Shown: positions 18,564 to 29,037 of the stretch, piece after piece
How the letters are laid out: each line of letters opens with the position of its first letter
Position numbering within the stretch: the first letter of the stretch is position 1
Origin: Flavobacteriales bacterium
GTDB lineage: Bacteria; Bacteroidota; Bacteroidia; Palsa-965
Length of the DNA stretch: 64,000 bases
Direction: 5' to 3'
Assembly: GCA_040377305.1 (NCBI GenBank)
Contig: JBEIPA010000028.1
Coordinates: forward strand, 1-64,000
Position numbers and translations under genes: made by a program
The notes under the pieces: model-generated
Seen by the model: only the letters and a program-made list of their open reading frames with translations
Database searches by the model: none
Told to the model about the DNA's origin: nothing

Positions 18564-18975
18564 AGAAGTAATCGGTATCGGTGGTAATGGTGTACTGTTT
18601 CAGATCGCGTTCAGCAGGTGGATTCAAAACTTTTCCTGTGTTGGAGAATTCGCTTCCGTGGCAAGGACAAACGAGGGAAACATTATTCGGTTGAACTTCG
18701 CATCCGCTGTGAGTGCATTGAGTTGACAGCGCAGTGTACGTTTCATTTGATTTGTAAACTGCAATCGGAAAGTTGAGCTTGTCGCTCCGAAGAACCACGA
18801 ATTGTCGTATTTGTGAATTTTCATCAGTGAATTCACTCTTCTTTACCTTGAGTTGATTATTCTCAACAGAAGAAGTGGCAACGTATGCGGTCTTACAACT
18901 TTGCAAGGCAATTGCGAGTACACTTCCAGCAGCGCAGGCAGCCACGCATGACTTTAGAAAATCGCGGCGTTCCAT
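18550..18975 (-). CDS. Tat-exported Rieske 2Fe-2S protein
   Basis: MERRDFLK, lipobox-like LQSC, CTHSGC and CPCHGS. Confidence 0.95.
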   Translation of the reverse strand: MERRDFLKSCVAACAAGSVLAIALQSCKTAYVATSSVENNQLKVKKSEFTDENSQIRQFVVLRSDKLNFPIAVYKSNETYTALSTQCTHSGCEVQPNNVSLVCPCHGSEFSNTGKVLNPPAERDLKQYTITTDTDYFYVQL

Positions 18976-20195
18976 TAGAGCGATTCTAAGAATTTGATGA
19001 GTTGATCTTTCTCAGTCTGCGACAATCCGGTGTACGCGTTCTTACTGTTTTGTGCTTCGCCACCGTGAAGCAGAATAGCATCGTCAATGGAGTGAGCGCG
19101 TCCATCGTGCATGAGGTAATAACTTCCACCCTGTGAATCGGGAGAAAGTCCTAGTCCCCAAAGTGGAGGAGTGCGCCACTCAGATGTAAGAGCGTTTCCT
19201 TCTGTGTATCCGTCATCTAATCCAGCGCCCATGTCATGCAATAACAAATCGGTGTACGGATGGAAAGTTTGATTTGCCAGAACCGAGATTTGCGAAGGAC
19301 CTGTTTGCATCGTTGGCAAATGACAACCGCTACAATTGATCGTTGAGAAAATATTTTCTCCTGCGATTACATCAGCTTCACTCGTGTTTCTTCTGATTGG
19401 CGCTTTCAACGTTTGCAAGTAGAACACAACCGCATTTACGTCGGCAGCCGGAACTTCAGGATCGGGACAACCATCTGTTCCGAAAACTCCGTTGTTGAAG
19501 TGAAACAAATCGAATGGATAATATTCCGATGTGATTCCCATATCCTGAACGTATGCGTTCACCGTTTGGTTGAGCAAGTTGATTGCAGCCGCTTTTCTTC
19601 CGAAGCGACCGATGTATTTTCCGCCGAGTGTAATGGCATTCGGATCAGGATTCAGAAATGAAGGCGAAACAACCCAGTTTACTACTCCGGTAATTCCATC
19701 GCCGTTGGAATCGTTAGGATCTTGCAACGCGATTAGATAAGCATCCGTTACCGCTTCGAGATACCCGAGTCCTGTGTTCGCAGGTGGAGTGAAATTTGCG
19801 TGCGAAGCACCAACGGGTAAAGTTTCTGGCGTGTGTCCTGGAATCGCGCGATTCTGCAATTGTGGTCCGCCTAAATTCGCGAACATGTTTCCGGTGCTGT
19901 CGAATTGCCCGAAGCGAGTAAGTGTTGTGAATGGATGTCCGCGTCCATCACCGGCGTGACAAGAGCCGCAAGATGTTGCAACGAAAATCGGACCGAGTCC
20001 TGTTTCCGGTGTAAACACTTTATCATTGAACGCGATATCTCCTTGGAGAAAAATTGCGTGTTGCTCGTTAGTGAGGCCTTCAATCGGTCCGTCGAGAAGC
20101 TCATTGTCTTCTGGAGCCGGAGGAAGTAATTTCTGACACGCGGTTGCTGCAACTACAATTATTGCGACAACGGTCAACGTACGAAGTGAAGACAT
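18975..20195 (-). CDS. Di-haem oxidoreductase (DHOR / thiol oxidoreductase) lipoprotein
   Basis: GLGP.F...SCGSCH, GRFG.KA, CSGCH, PYTDLLLHDMG, EWRTPPLWGLG, HDGRA; lipobox ATAC. Confidence 0.95.
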   Translation of the reverse strand: MSSLRTLTVVAIIVVAATACQKLLPPAPEDNELLDGPIEGLTNEQHAIFLQGDIAFNDKVFTPETGLGPIFVATSCGSCHAGDGRGHPFTTLTRFGQFDSTGNMFANLGGPQLQNRAIPGHTPETLPVGASHANFTPPANTGLGYLEAVTDAYLIALQDPNDSNGDGITGVVNWVVSPSFLNPDPNAITLGGKYIGRFGRKAAAINLLNQTVNAYVQDMGITSEYYPFDLFHFNNGVFGTDGCPDPEVPAADVNAVVFYLQTLKAPIRRNTSEADVIAGENIFSTINCSGCHLPTMQTGPSQISVLANQTFHPYTDLLLHDMGAGLDDGYTEGNALTSEWRTPPLWGLGLSPDSQGGSYYLMHDGRAHSIDDAILLHGGEAQNSKNAYTGLSQTEKDQLIKFLESL

Positions 20196-20226
20196 TTTCT
20201 ATATTTTTAGAAGGCTTTGCAAATTA

Positions 20227-20246
20227 AATTTAGACAAATCTAAATT
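20227..20246. promoter_or_regulatory. DtxR/MntR-type operator overlapping a promoter-like element
   Basis: aatttaga-caaa-tctaaatt (TTTAG-N6-CTAAA). Contains TAGATTTG on the minus strand, about 35 nt upstream of the DHOR start. Confidence 0.65.
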
Positions 20247-20513
20247 AATTTCGTGACACATCAAAATTTGAATTGCCGTAAAGCCCGCAAGAGAGCAATT
20301 AGAGTGAACTACTGAATTTCGAAGTATCCCTAGAATGAGTACTTCTGACCTCCCAAAACCGCTGTTTCGGGATAAGTACGGTGTACAGGATTGCCCAAAA
20401 TCTCGACAAATGCAATGGTTCGCCAACCGATCATTGAAATGCGGACCCGATTGATTAAGTTTGTTATGCATGTTTTGGCTTTCAACTGCATCAATACCTC
20501 AAAATCAGATCAA

Positions 20514-21251
20514 ATGAAAAAACTATTACTCATTTCAGTTCCTGCGTTGTTGGCTCTTAGTCTTTCCGCGCAATCCAGTTTCTCTCTTACTGATGTGAAT
20601 CAGGCATCCGTAGTAAGCGGCTCAACGATCGTTTACTATGTTGATCAGGCGACATCGCTGGAAACACATGATTTCGACGTGCATAATATTTCGGGCAATA
20701 ACTTAACGGTTAAGGTTCGTAAAGCAGTGCAATCTTTTGCGTCTGCGGGCAGTGTATTTTATTTCTGTACTGACCAGCTATGTTATACTCCAAGTACCAA
20801 TCTGTCCGGCAATGTGACTTTAAATGCAGCCTCACAGTTTCTACTTGTGACTGATTTTACTCCCGATAACACTACTGGTATTTCAATTGTGCGCTATTCT
20901 GTTTTTAACACCGCAAACCCAAGTGATTCGATTTACTTCTTCATAGAATACCATGTTTCTCCAACGGGAATTGCAGACAATAGCGTGAAGGCAAACATTG
21001 GTTCACCAATGCCGAATCCTGCAAGTTTTGTGTTCAACATGACTTACAATCTTGGTACATCTTATGGAAAAGGTCAGGCGACTATTGTTGTTTACAACAT
21101 GCTTGGAGCAATCGTAAGAACAGAAACACTGGAAGCTGCTGAAGGAACTTTCCGCATGGATGTTTCTACGCTAGAGAACGGAGTTTATTTCACTTCACTC
21201 GAAGTTGACGGCAAGCAGGTATCTGCAAAGCGACTTATTGTAAGCCATTAA
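20514..21251 (+). CDS. Small T9SS type-A sorting domain protein
   Basis: Start MKKLLL at 20514; YFC...CY motif; CTD PNPA...GVYF...KRLIV. Confidence 0.9.
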   Translation: MKKLLLISVPALLALSLSAQSSFSLTDVNQASVVSGSTIVYYVDQATSLETHDFDVHNISGNNLTVKVRKAVQSFASAGSVFYFCTDQLCYTPSTNLSGNVTLNAASQFLLVTDFTPDNTTGISIVRYSVFNTANPSDSIYFFIEYHVSPTGIADNSVKANIGSPMPNPASFVFNMTYNLGTSYGKGQATIVVYNMLGAIVRTETLEAAEGTFRMDVSTLENGVYFTSLEVDGKQVSAKRLIVSH

Positions 21252-21278
21252 AAAAGACTAAAAAAATGATTAATACTC

Positions 21279-21310
21279 AAAGCGATTCCGGTTCACGGGA
21301 TCGCTTTTTT
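21279..21310 (+). terminator. Intrinsic terminator
   Basis: aagcgattcc-loop-gggatcgctt followed by a T-tract. Confidence 0.75.
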
Positions 21311-21444
21311 GTTGAAAACAACTGCAAAAAGTGTGGGCGATTCGCAAACTTCGAGATCGTTGCTAAAAGTCAGGTTATATACTGATCAAAACTGCATTCT
21401 TTGAATCCTTACGGCATTCAGAATTGCCAAGAGAGCTAGGCTAA

Positions 21445-21825
21445 TTACAGTATATTTTCATCCCGATATTTATTCAGAACTACCTCAATATCCTTCGGAA
21501 TCTCCATCGCCTGCAATGGCGGCACATTTGCGCCTCCGGTATTGCCCACAGGAATCTTTCCAACAAAAGATTTAACTCCGCCTACCAATAAGCGCGGAAT
21601 TTGTCCTATGATCTCCTTGGTATTCTTGATTCTGAATCCGAACCTCAGCATGTACCAATGTACACGTGTGTGTTGATATGGAGAAGATTGTCCAAGAATG
21701 TGTGCTCGCTCAAGATGTTGCCATGAGTTACTAAGGTCGCCGCGCAAGTACAATTCGTGTGATTGAGCAAGTTCCTTATCAACTTCCTTTACCAGTCCGC
21801 TTGGTATGTTGAAATGTAATTTCAT
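21445..21825 (-). CDS. DUF3703 family protein
   Basis: WQHLERAHILGQ...H..VH..ML...EIIGQ..RL...P.GNTGGANV. Confidence 0.85.
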   Translation of the reverse strand: MKLHFNIPSGLVKEVDKELAQSHELYLRGDLSNSWQHLERAHILGQSSPYQHTRVHWYMLRFGFRIKNTKEIIGQIPRLLVGGVKSFVGKIPVGNTGGANVPPLQAMEIPKDIEVVLNKYRDENIL

Positions 21826-21829
21826 GTGT

Positions 21830-22375
21830 TCACGCTTTTCGGGATAACTTGTACATGCCCCACCATGCAACAGGTGCAAGTATTACAACACTCGCCATTC
21901 CAGGAAAATACCCATAGGGTTCTTCAGTAAAAAACGGAAGAACAAAATGCGCCAGTTCGGTAATTCCCATCGCAGCAAAAAATGTCCACGCGAAATAATA
22001 TCCTAATGCGAATCCACGCTTCATGAGAAGTGGAATAACGAGCCACGCACCTACCGATGCTAACAACAAAAGAATGATTTGCCATGAAACAATTTCAGGA
22101 GTGGCAACTCCGGTTATCTCCGACAGTTTTGCAAAGAAGCCCATTCCCTTTTCTTCGACACGGTGAACCATGAAAAGTCCGAATGCTATCCAGAACGGAG
22201 CTTTAATTGAAGAAAACGAAACTGTATCCGGCACAAAAAGCCAGATAAGAAAACCTCCCAGGAATCCGGATATGAAAATTACAGTAGTAAGAACATCAAA
22301 TGAGAAGTAGCCAAGCGCAAGGACCGCGACTGTAAACAGGAAGGCAATCGCTACGATTGATAAATTTTTCTTCAT
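21830..22375 (-). CDS. HXXEE-motif membrane protein
   Basis: Multi-TM protein with HRVEE, a later His and YFPG. Confidence 0.8.
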   Translation of the reverse strand: MKKNLSIVAIAFLFTVAVLALGYFSFDVLTTVIFISGFLGGFLIWLFVPDTVSFSSIKAPFWIAFGLFMVHRVEEKGMGFFAKLSEITGVATPEIVSWQIILLLLASVGAWLVIPLLMKRGFALGYYFAWTFFAAMGITELAHFVLPFFTEEPYGYFPGMASVVILAPVAWWGMYKLSRKA

Positions 22376-22385
22376 AATAAATAAG

Positions 22386-24428
22386 TTAATGTTTCTCCTG
22401 AAACTTCATCTTCTGAATCCTCACCGCGTTCAGGATCGCCAATAGCGCAACGCCTACATCTGCAAACACTGCTTCCCACATCGTTGCAATTCCTCCGGCG
22501 CCGAGAATCAGTACAACAACTTTGATGCTCATGGCTAAACCAATATTCTGCCACACAATTTTGTTGGTGGTTTGTCCGATGGCAATGGCAGTTACTATTC
22601 TTGAAGGCTGATCGGTTTGTATGACAACATCTGCTGTTTCAATCGCAGCATCACTTCCCAAACCACCCATTGCAATTCCTACATCGCTCAATGCAAGTAC
22701 CGGGGCATCGTTAATTCCATCACCCGCGAACGCGATTACACGTTTTGAGTCTTTCTTCAGTTCTTCCACCTTCTGCACTTTGTGCTCCGGTAATAAATCT
22801 CCGTACGCCTGATCAATACCAAGCTCCTTTGCAACGCGATCAACAACGGCTTGCTTATCGCCGGAAAGCATCACCGTTTCAATGCCGCGAGAATGTAGGT
22901 CGGCAATTGTTTGCTTGCTATCCTCTTTTATTTCGTCCGCGATGGTCACGTAGCCTGCCAACTTACCATCAACGGTGACTACGATAATTGTGTCCGGAAT
23001 ATTTTTCACTTCCTGTGGAACAGCAACATTCAGTTTATCGAGAAGCTTCACATTTCCTGCCGCGACAGATTTTCCATTGATCGTTCCTTTAATGCCATGA
23101 CCACTGATTTCTTCCGGATCATTTACGGTCAATCCTTTTCCTTTATCACCAACATATTCTACGAGAGCTTTCGCGACTGGATGCGTTGAACCAGATTCCA
23201 ATGCAGCCGCCATCGGTAACCATTCCTCCGGTGGAAGCGCAAGACCTTTCACTTCCTGCACTTTGAAAACGCCTTTGGTGAGCGTTCCGGTTTTGTCGAT
23301 GACAACCGTATTTACTGTTCGCATCAGGTCAAGAAAATTTGAACCCTTGAATAGAATTCCGGATCGTGACGCAGCTCCGATTCCACCGAAGTAGCCGAGT
23401 GGAATGGAAATTACCAATGCGCAGGGACAGGAGATTACCAGAAAGATCAGTCCTCGGTATAACCATTCAGAAAACACATAGTTGCTCACAAAGAAAAATG
23501 GCAACAACACGATTCCTACGGCAAGGAAAAAAACAATCGGAGTATAAACTCGTGAGAACTTCCGGATGAACTGTTCGGTTTTTGCTTTTCGGGTTGTAGC
23601 CTCCTGCACCATGGTAAGAATGCGGGCAAGTGAACTGTCATTGTAAAGTTTCGTTACCTCAAGTTCAACAACTTTACTTTGATTGACCATTCCGGCTAAT
23701 ACAGTTTCTCCTTTGTGAATGTCTGATGGTTTGCTCTCTCCGGTCAACGCCGCTGTATTGAAACTACTTTCTTCGCTCAGCATTGTCCCATCGAGCGGAA
23801 CTTTATCGCCTGCTTTTATTTGTATTCTGTCTCCTACTTTTACTGTCTCAGGAGAAACTTCCGTGTAAGAACCGTTCACGAACAAATTTGCTGTTGCCGG
23901 CCGAATATCAAGCAACGCTTTTATACTTCGCTTTGCACGCGTAACGGCAGCCGATTGCACCAGTTCACCGATCGTATAAAAGACCATCACTGCAACACCC
24001 TCAGGATATTCCCTGATGCAAAATGCGCCGATAGTTGCCAATGCCATCAGAAGAAACTCAGTAAATATTTCTCCCTTGGAAATTGCCTTGAACGCATCAC
24101 GCAGAACCGGAATCGCTACCGGTAAATATGCGATCGCATACCATACTAAGCGGATTGTTTCTGTGAAAAATGCGGGCTTCAGAAATTCATCTATCAAGAT
24201 TCCGCTTAACAGCAATCCGGAACTGATGATCAGGGGCAGAAATTCTTTCAGTTTAGAAGTTCCTTCATTTCCTCCGTGCGCATGATCGTGATCATGGTCG
24301 TGATCGTGTCCATCGTGATCATGATCATCCTCGTCACTTTGCCGGTTTATTTTTTCTTCCAGCGTACAACATATCTGCCTGCCCTGATTGTCGTAGATAT
24401 GTTTGTGATCAGCTTCTTGGGATTTCAT
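22386..24428 (-). CDS. cadA: Heavy-metal P1B-type ATPase (Zn/Cd)
   Basis: His/Asp-rich N-terminus, TGES, SCPC, DKTGT, HP, GDGINDAP, EAVFADVG. Confidence 0.93.
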   Translation of the reverse strand: MKSQEADHKHIYDNQGRQICCTLEEKINRQSDEDDHDHDGHDHDHDHDHAHGGNEGTSKLKEFLPLIISSGLLLSGILIDEFLKPAFFTETIRLVWYAIAYLPVAIPVLRDAFKAISKGEIFTEFLLMALATIGAFCIREYPEGVAVMVFYTIGELVQSAAVTRAKRSIKALLDIRPATANLFVNGSYTEVSPETVKVGDRIQIKAGDKVPLDGTMLSEESSFNTAALTGESKPSDIHKGETVLAGMVNQSKVVELEVTKLYNDSSLARILTMVQEATTRKAKTEQFIRKFSRVYTPIVFFLAVGIVLLPFFFVSNYVFSEWLYRGLIFLVISCPCALVISIPLGYFGGIGAASRSGILFKGSNFLDLMRTVNTVVIDKTGTLTKGVFKVQEVKGLALPPEEWLPMAAALESGSTHPVAKALVEYVGDKGKGLTVNDPEEISGHGIKGTINGKSVAAGNVKLLDKLNVAVPQEVKNIPDTIIVVTVDGKLAGYVTIADEIKEDSKQTIADLHSRGIETVMLSGDKQAVVDRVAKELGIDQAYGDLLPEHKVQKVEELKKDSKRVIAFAGDGINDAPVLALSDVGIAMGGLGSDAAIETADVVIQTDQPSRIVTAIAIGQTTNKIVWQNIGLAMSIKVVVLILGAGGIATMWEAVFADVGVALLAILNAVRIQKMKFQEKH

Positions 24429-24532
24429 TAGATCAACATAAAGTGATTGTCAAATATGGCGGGCGGGAGAATCTGGTTATGAAAATATTTCATTCTCAAA
24501 AAACCAAAACCCAGACCTCCGCCCATGTACTA

Positions 24533-25837
24533 TTAATGTGAATGTCCCTCGCCCTGATTCGTCATTTTAGCAAGTACAAAAAATGCACCCTTCGTAACGA
24601 TTCTGCTATTTGCAGGAATTTCCTGAAGCAAAGTGATTTCACTGTAACCTACATCTGTAGTTCCTTTACGTACCGGAATCTTCTCAAACGTCAATGAGCC
24701 TGCGGTGTCGGTGTAAGCTTCACTCTCTCCATGTTCGTGACCATGCTCGTCGTGGTTGTGTTCTTCCTCCTCAACGGCAGCACTGTCCCCATCATGGTGA
24801 TGTTCTTCCTCACTATGTTCATCGGTTACAATGAAAATAAAATCCTGTCCCTGAAAATTGGCAATGGCGTCGGTTGGAACTGCATCCACAGTAGCATCTT
24901 CCAGGCTCACAAGTGCTGTGATATTCATGCCATCAATCAAACCTGTTTTGTCTCCCTGCACTTCAGCATGAACGGCGATAGCCTGTGTGTTTTCTTCGAA
25001 TGTATTGCCGATACCGTAAATCTTCGCATCATACTCCTTGCCTGCGTTGTTCGTCAGTGTAAAATGGATGATCTGTCCCACCTGAAGTTTCGACAGGTCT
25101 TTCTCATATACGAATAGGTCAAGATGAAGCTGGCTGTTGTCGACTACTTTGGCAATAACTGTTCCCGGCTCTACGTTGCTGCCGATGTTTACTTCAACAT
25201 GACTCACAGCACCGGCAATCGGACTTCGGATGGTGAGCACAGAAGAAATATTATCACTGGTCAGCGTTTTCGTGTTGACACCCGTGAGCTCTAATTGCTT
25301 CTCAAGGCTCGCCCGTTTTGCATTCAACACAGCCAGATCAGTTTGACTTTGTTCCAACGTTTTCGTTGACCCCACATTGCCCTTGTTAAGTTCAGTCTGA
25401 CGATTGAATTCTTTCAGCGCAAGATCTGCTTGTGCAGACACACTGAGGAATTCCTCCTGCAACTTGATAAATCCAGGATCGGCGATTGTTGCGATGGCTT
25501 GTCCTTTCATGATCGTGTTACCCGGCTGAACCAGGATCGTTTGGATCACCCCACCAAGCGGAGAAGTGATACTCGCTTTGTTCTGATTCGGAACATTCAG
25601 AATACCATTGGCCTTTAACGAAGACGTGAGTTGCTTTTTTTCAATGCTGCCTAACTCAAGTCCGATGGACAGCATTTGCTCCGCAGTTAGTGTTGCGGTG
25701 TTTGCGTTTTCGTGCTCTTCGTGATGCCCTTCTTCTTCTTCTCCGTGTTCATCATGTTCTTCCGTTGTACCACCACCGCATGAAAGCAGAAGCATTGTAA
25801 CGAAGAAGATTGAAAGTGTTTTCAGAATATTTTTCAT
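24533..25837 (-). CDS. czcB: RND efflux periplasmic adaptor, His-rich lipoprotein
   Basis: Lipobox LLSC, His/Glu tracts, IRSPIAG, V.KGAF. Confidence 0.88.
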   Translation of the reverse strand: MKNILKTLSIFFVTMLLLSCGGGTTEEHDEHGEEEEGHHEEHENANTATLTAEQMLSIGLELGSIEKKQLTSSLKANGILNVPNQNKASITSPLGGVIQTILVQPGNTIMKGQAIATIADPGFIKLQEEFLSVSAQADLALKEFNRQTELNKGNVGSTKTLEQSQTDLAVLNAKRASLEKQLELTGVNTKTLTSDNISSVLTIRSPIAGAVSHVEVNIGSNVEPGTVIAKVVDNSQLHLDLFVYEKDLSKLQVGQIIHFTLTNNAGKEYDAKIYGIGNTFEENTQAIAVHAEVQGDKTGLIDGMNITALVSLEDATVDAVPTDAIANFQGQDFIFIVTDEHSEEEHHHDGDSAAVEEEEHNHDEHGHEHGESEAYTDTAGSLTFEKIPVRKGTTDVGYSEITLLQEIPANSRIVTKGAFFVLAKMTNQGEGHSH

Positions 25838-25868
25838 AGCTGCTATTTTATAGATGTTGAATGCTTCT

Positions 25869-28800
25869 TTAAGATGGGTTAGTGTTTACATCCGGTGTAG
25901 GTTCCGGTAATGGCTTAGGTCTTCCAGTAAACAAAATGTAAAGTAATGGAAGTACAAAAAGCGTAAGGAAGGTGGCTGTGATCAATCCACCAATGACAAC
26001 AGTTGCCAGTGGTCGCTGTACTTCAGCTCCCGCGCTGCCCGATAGAGCCATTGGCAAGAAACCTAATGAGGCGACCATTGCCGTCATAAGCACGGGACGC
26101 AAACGCATTTTCGTTCCTTCTTTCACGCGTAGAATCACATCGTCCATTCCGTCTTTAGCAAGTTGGTTAAACGTGCTGACGAGAACGATACCATTCAGGA
26201 CGGCGACTCCAAACAATGCGATGAATCCGACTCCCGCTGAAATACTGAATGGCATATCCCGAATTAAGAGTGCAAATACTCCGCCGATTGCCGCCATAGG
26301 GATAGCCATGAAAATAAGTGTGGCTTGAGGAATTGACCGGAACGTAAAATAGAGGAGCATAAAAATTAAAGCAAGTGCCACGGGAACAGCAATTTTCAAT
26401 CGCGCAGATGCGGCTTGCAGATTCTCGAATGTACCACCGTAGGAATAATAATATCCGGCAGGAAGTTTCACCTTCTTATCCAGTTCTTCCTGTATCTCTT
26501 CCACAACGCTTGCTACATCACGGTCTTTTACGTTGAAGCCAATCACGATTCGTCGCTTCCCACCTTCGCGACTGATTTGTGCCGGACCTAATTCCATCTT
26601 TATCTCCGCTAATTGCGATAGAGGTATCTGTGTGCCACCCGCTGTCGGAATAAACAAGCCGCTTACATCATCTATGCTTTTTCGATGGGCGCTGTCAAGC
26701 CGAACGACCAGATCAAACTTGCGCTCGTTCTCATAAACCACTCCGGCTGTTCCCCCGGCAAATGCAGTGCTGATTACGTGGTTAATGTCTTCGATATTCA
26801 AACCGTGCAGTGCGATCTGAGCGCGATTATATTTAATCACGATCTGCGGAAGGCCTTCAACCCTTTCTACCATTGGTTCAGTTGCACCATCAACGGCTTG
26901 AACCACTCCTGCAACTTTGTTGGCATAAGCTATGAGTGTATCCAGATTCTCACCGAAGATTTTAACCGCCACGTCCTGACGTACTCCGGTCATCAATTCA
27001 TTAAAACGCATTTGAATCGGTTGACTCGTTTCAAAGAAGACACCGGGAATTGTCGAAAGCCGTTCGTTCATTTCATCTGCCAGTTCTTCGTAGGAAATAT
27101 CACGCGTCCATTCATTCTGTGGCTTTAGGATGATCATCATGTCCGATGCTTCGGGCGGCATTGGATCAGTGGGAACTTCCGCACTACCTGTTTTGCCTAC
27201 CACCATTTTTACCTCCGGAAACTCTTTGAGTATGCGTGAAGCCTGCATACTCGTTTCTATACTCTGAGTAAGCGAAGTTCCTTGCGGTAAAATACAGTGA
27301 AAAGCAAAATCACCTTCCGCCAGCGTGGGAATGAATTCTCCTCCCATGTTTTTGAAAATGATTAAAGCGATCACAAATACGAATACTGTAAACGATATAA
27401 CCGCAACTTTTGCTTTGATCGCGCGCTGGAGCAATGGCGCGTACATGCGCTGAAAGAAATCCATCATGCGATCTGATATATTTCTTTTGTGATGTACTTT
27501 CTTACTCAGGAAAAGTGCAGAAATCATCGGGATGTAGGTTAACGAGAGAATGAATGCTCCGAGGATAGCAAACGAGACCGTCTGCGCCATAGGACCGAAC
27601 ATTTTTCCTTCAATACCAATGAGCGATAAAATCGGGAGATAGACGATGAGAATAATAATTTGACCGAATGCCGCTGAGTTCATCATGCGTCTCGCACTCT
27701 GAAAAACAGTTTCGTCCATTTGTTTGCTGGTGAGTTTGAGCTGACCACCTTGTAACTGCGTGGTGGATATTCGATGGAATATACTTTCGACAATGATCAC
27801 GGCACCGTCAACGATCAAACCAAAGTCAATTGCACCAAGACTCATCAGGTTGGCACTTACGCCGAACAGGTTCATCATTCCCAATGCAAACAACATGGAC
27901 AACGGAATGGCAGAAGCCACAATCAATCCCGCCCTGAAATTTCCAAGGAATAGTACCAATACAAAAATGACGATGAGCGCTCCTTCAATGAGATTCGTTT
28001 TTACAGTTCCGATTGCGCGATCGACCAGATCTGTTCTGTCGAGATACGGTTCAATGACAATATCCTCCGGCAATGATTTCTGAATCGTGCCCATCTTCTC
28101 TTTCACCCGATTGACCACTTCAGCGCTGTTCGCACCTTTGAGCATCATAACTACGCCGCCAACTGCGTCAACTTCTCCATTGTAAGTCAATGCACCATAC
28201 CGGACAGCACTTCCGAAACGCACCACTGCTACATCTTTGATCAGCACCGGAATTCCATTCGGATTATTCTTGATCACGATGTTGCGTATGTCATCGAACG
28301 TACTGATCAATCCGAGACTACGGATGAAATATGCGTTTGGACCTTTCTCAATGTAGGCACCACCCGTATTCTCATTATTCTTTTCCAATGCGGTGAAAAT
28401 TTCCGGGATCGAAACATCCATCGCAAGCAACCTGTTCGGATCAATTGCCACTTCGTATTCTTTCAACTCTCCTCCGAAACTGTTTACTTCTGCAATCCCT
28501 TCTGTGCCGTAGAGCTGTCGCGCTACAATCCAATCCTGCATGGTGCGTAAATCCATTGCAGTGTACTTATCCTCGCTGCCTTCCTTCGGGTGAATGATGT
28601 ACTGGTATATTTCACCGAGTCCGGTACTCACGGGAGCTAATTCGGGTGCGCCAACTCCAGCCGGAATATTCTCCTGTGCTTCCTGCAATTTTTCGTTGAT
28701 CTGCTGACGCGCAAAATAAATATTTACGTCATCTTCGAACACAACCGTAATTACAGATAAGCCGAAACGTGAAATACTTCGCAATTCAACAACGTCCGGA

Positions 28801-29027
28801 AGATTTGCAATACTTTGTTCAATCGGGTACGTAACCAATTGTTCTACTTCCTGACCAGCAAGCGTAGGACACAACGTAATAATCTGAACCTGGTTGTTGG
28901 TAATATCCGGCAGGGCATCAATCGGCAGCCGTGTGGCGCTCCATGTGCCCCAAATGATCAGTGCCAAAGTCATCAACCCTATGATGAATTTGTTTTTTAT
29001 ACTGAATGAAATTATTTTATCGAGCAT
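25869..29027 (-). CDS. czcA: CusA/CzcA heavy-metal RND permease
   Basis: Start MLDKII at 29027; LPIDALPDIT, LMSLGAIDFG, RLRPVLMTA, GAEVQRPLATVVIGG. Confidence 0.95.
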   Translation of the reverse strand: MLDKIISFSIKNKFIIGLMTLALIIWGTWSATRLPIDALPDITNNQVQIITLCPTLAGQEVEQLVTYPIEQSIANLPDVVELRSISRFGLSVITVVFEDDVNIYFARQQINEKLQEAQENIPAGVGAPELAPVSTGLGEIYQYIIHPKEGSEDKYTAMDLRTMQDWIVARQLYGTEGIAEVNSFGGELKEYEVAIDPNRLLAMDVSIPEIFTALEKNNENTGGAYIEKGPNAYFIRSLGLISTFDDIRNIVIKNNPNGIPVLIKDVAVVRFGSAVRYGALTYNGEVDAVGGVVMMLKGANSAEVVNRVKEKMGTIQKSLPEDIVIEPYLDRTDLVDRAIGTVKTNLIEGALIVIFVLVLFLGNFRAGLIVASAIPLSMLFALGMMNLFGVSANLMSLGAIDFGLIVDGAVIIVESIFHRISTTQLQGGQLKLTSKQMDETVFQSARRMMNSAAFGQIIILIVYLPILSLIGIEGKMFGPMAQTVSFAILGAFILSLTYIPMISALFLSKKVHHKRNISDRMMDFFQRMYAPLLQRAIKAKVAVISFTVFVFVIALIIFKNMGGEFIPTLAEGDFAFHCILPQGTSLTQSIETSMQASRILKEFPEVKMVVGKTGSAEVPTDPMPPEASDMMIILKPQNEWTRDISYEELADEMNERLSTIPGVFFETSQPIQMRFNELMTGVRQDVAVKIFGENLDTLIAYANKVAGVVQAVDGATEPMVERVEGLPQIVIKYNRAQIALHGLNIEDINHVISTAFAGGTAGVVYENERKFDLVVRLDSAHRKSIDDVSGLFIPTAGGTQIPLSQLAEIKMELGPAQISREGGKRRIVIGFNVKDRDVASVVEEIQEELDKKVKLPAGYYYSYGGTFENLQAASARLKIAVPVALALIFMLLYFTFRSIPQATLIFMAIPMAAIGGVFALLIRDMPFSISAGVGFIALFGVAVLNGIVLVSTFNQLAKDGMDDVILRVKEGTKMRLRPVLMTAMVASLGFLPMALSGSAGAEVQRPLATVVIGGLITATFLTLFVLPLLYILFTGRPKPLPEPTPDVNTNPS

Positions 29028-29037
29028 AATGAGTTGT

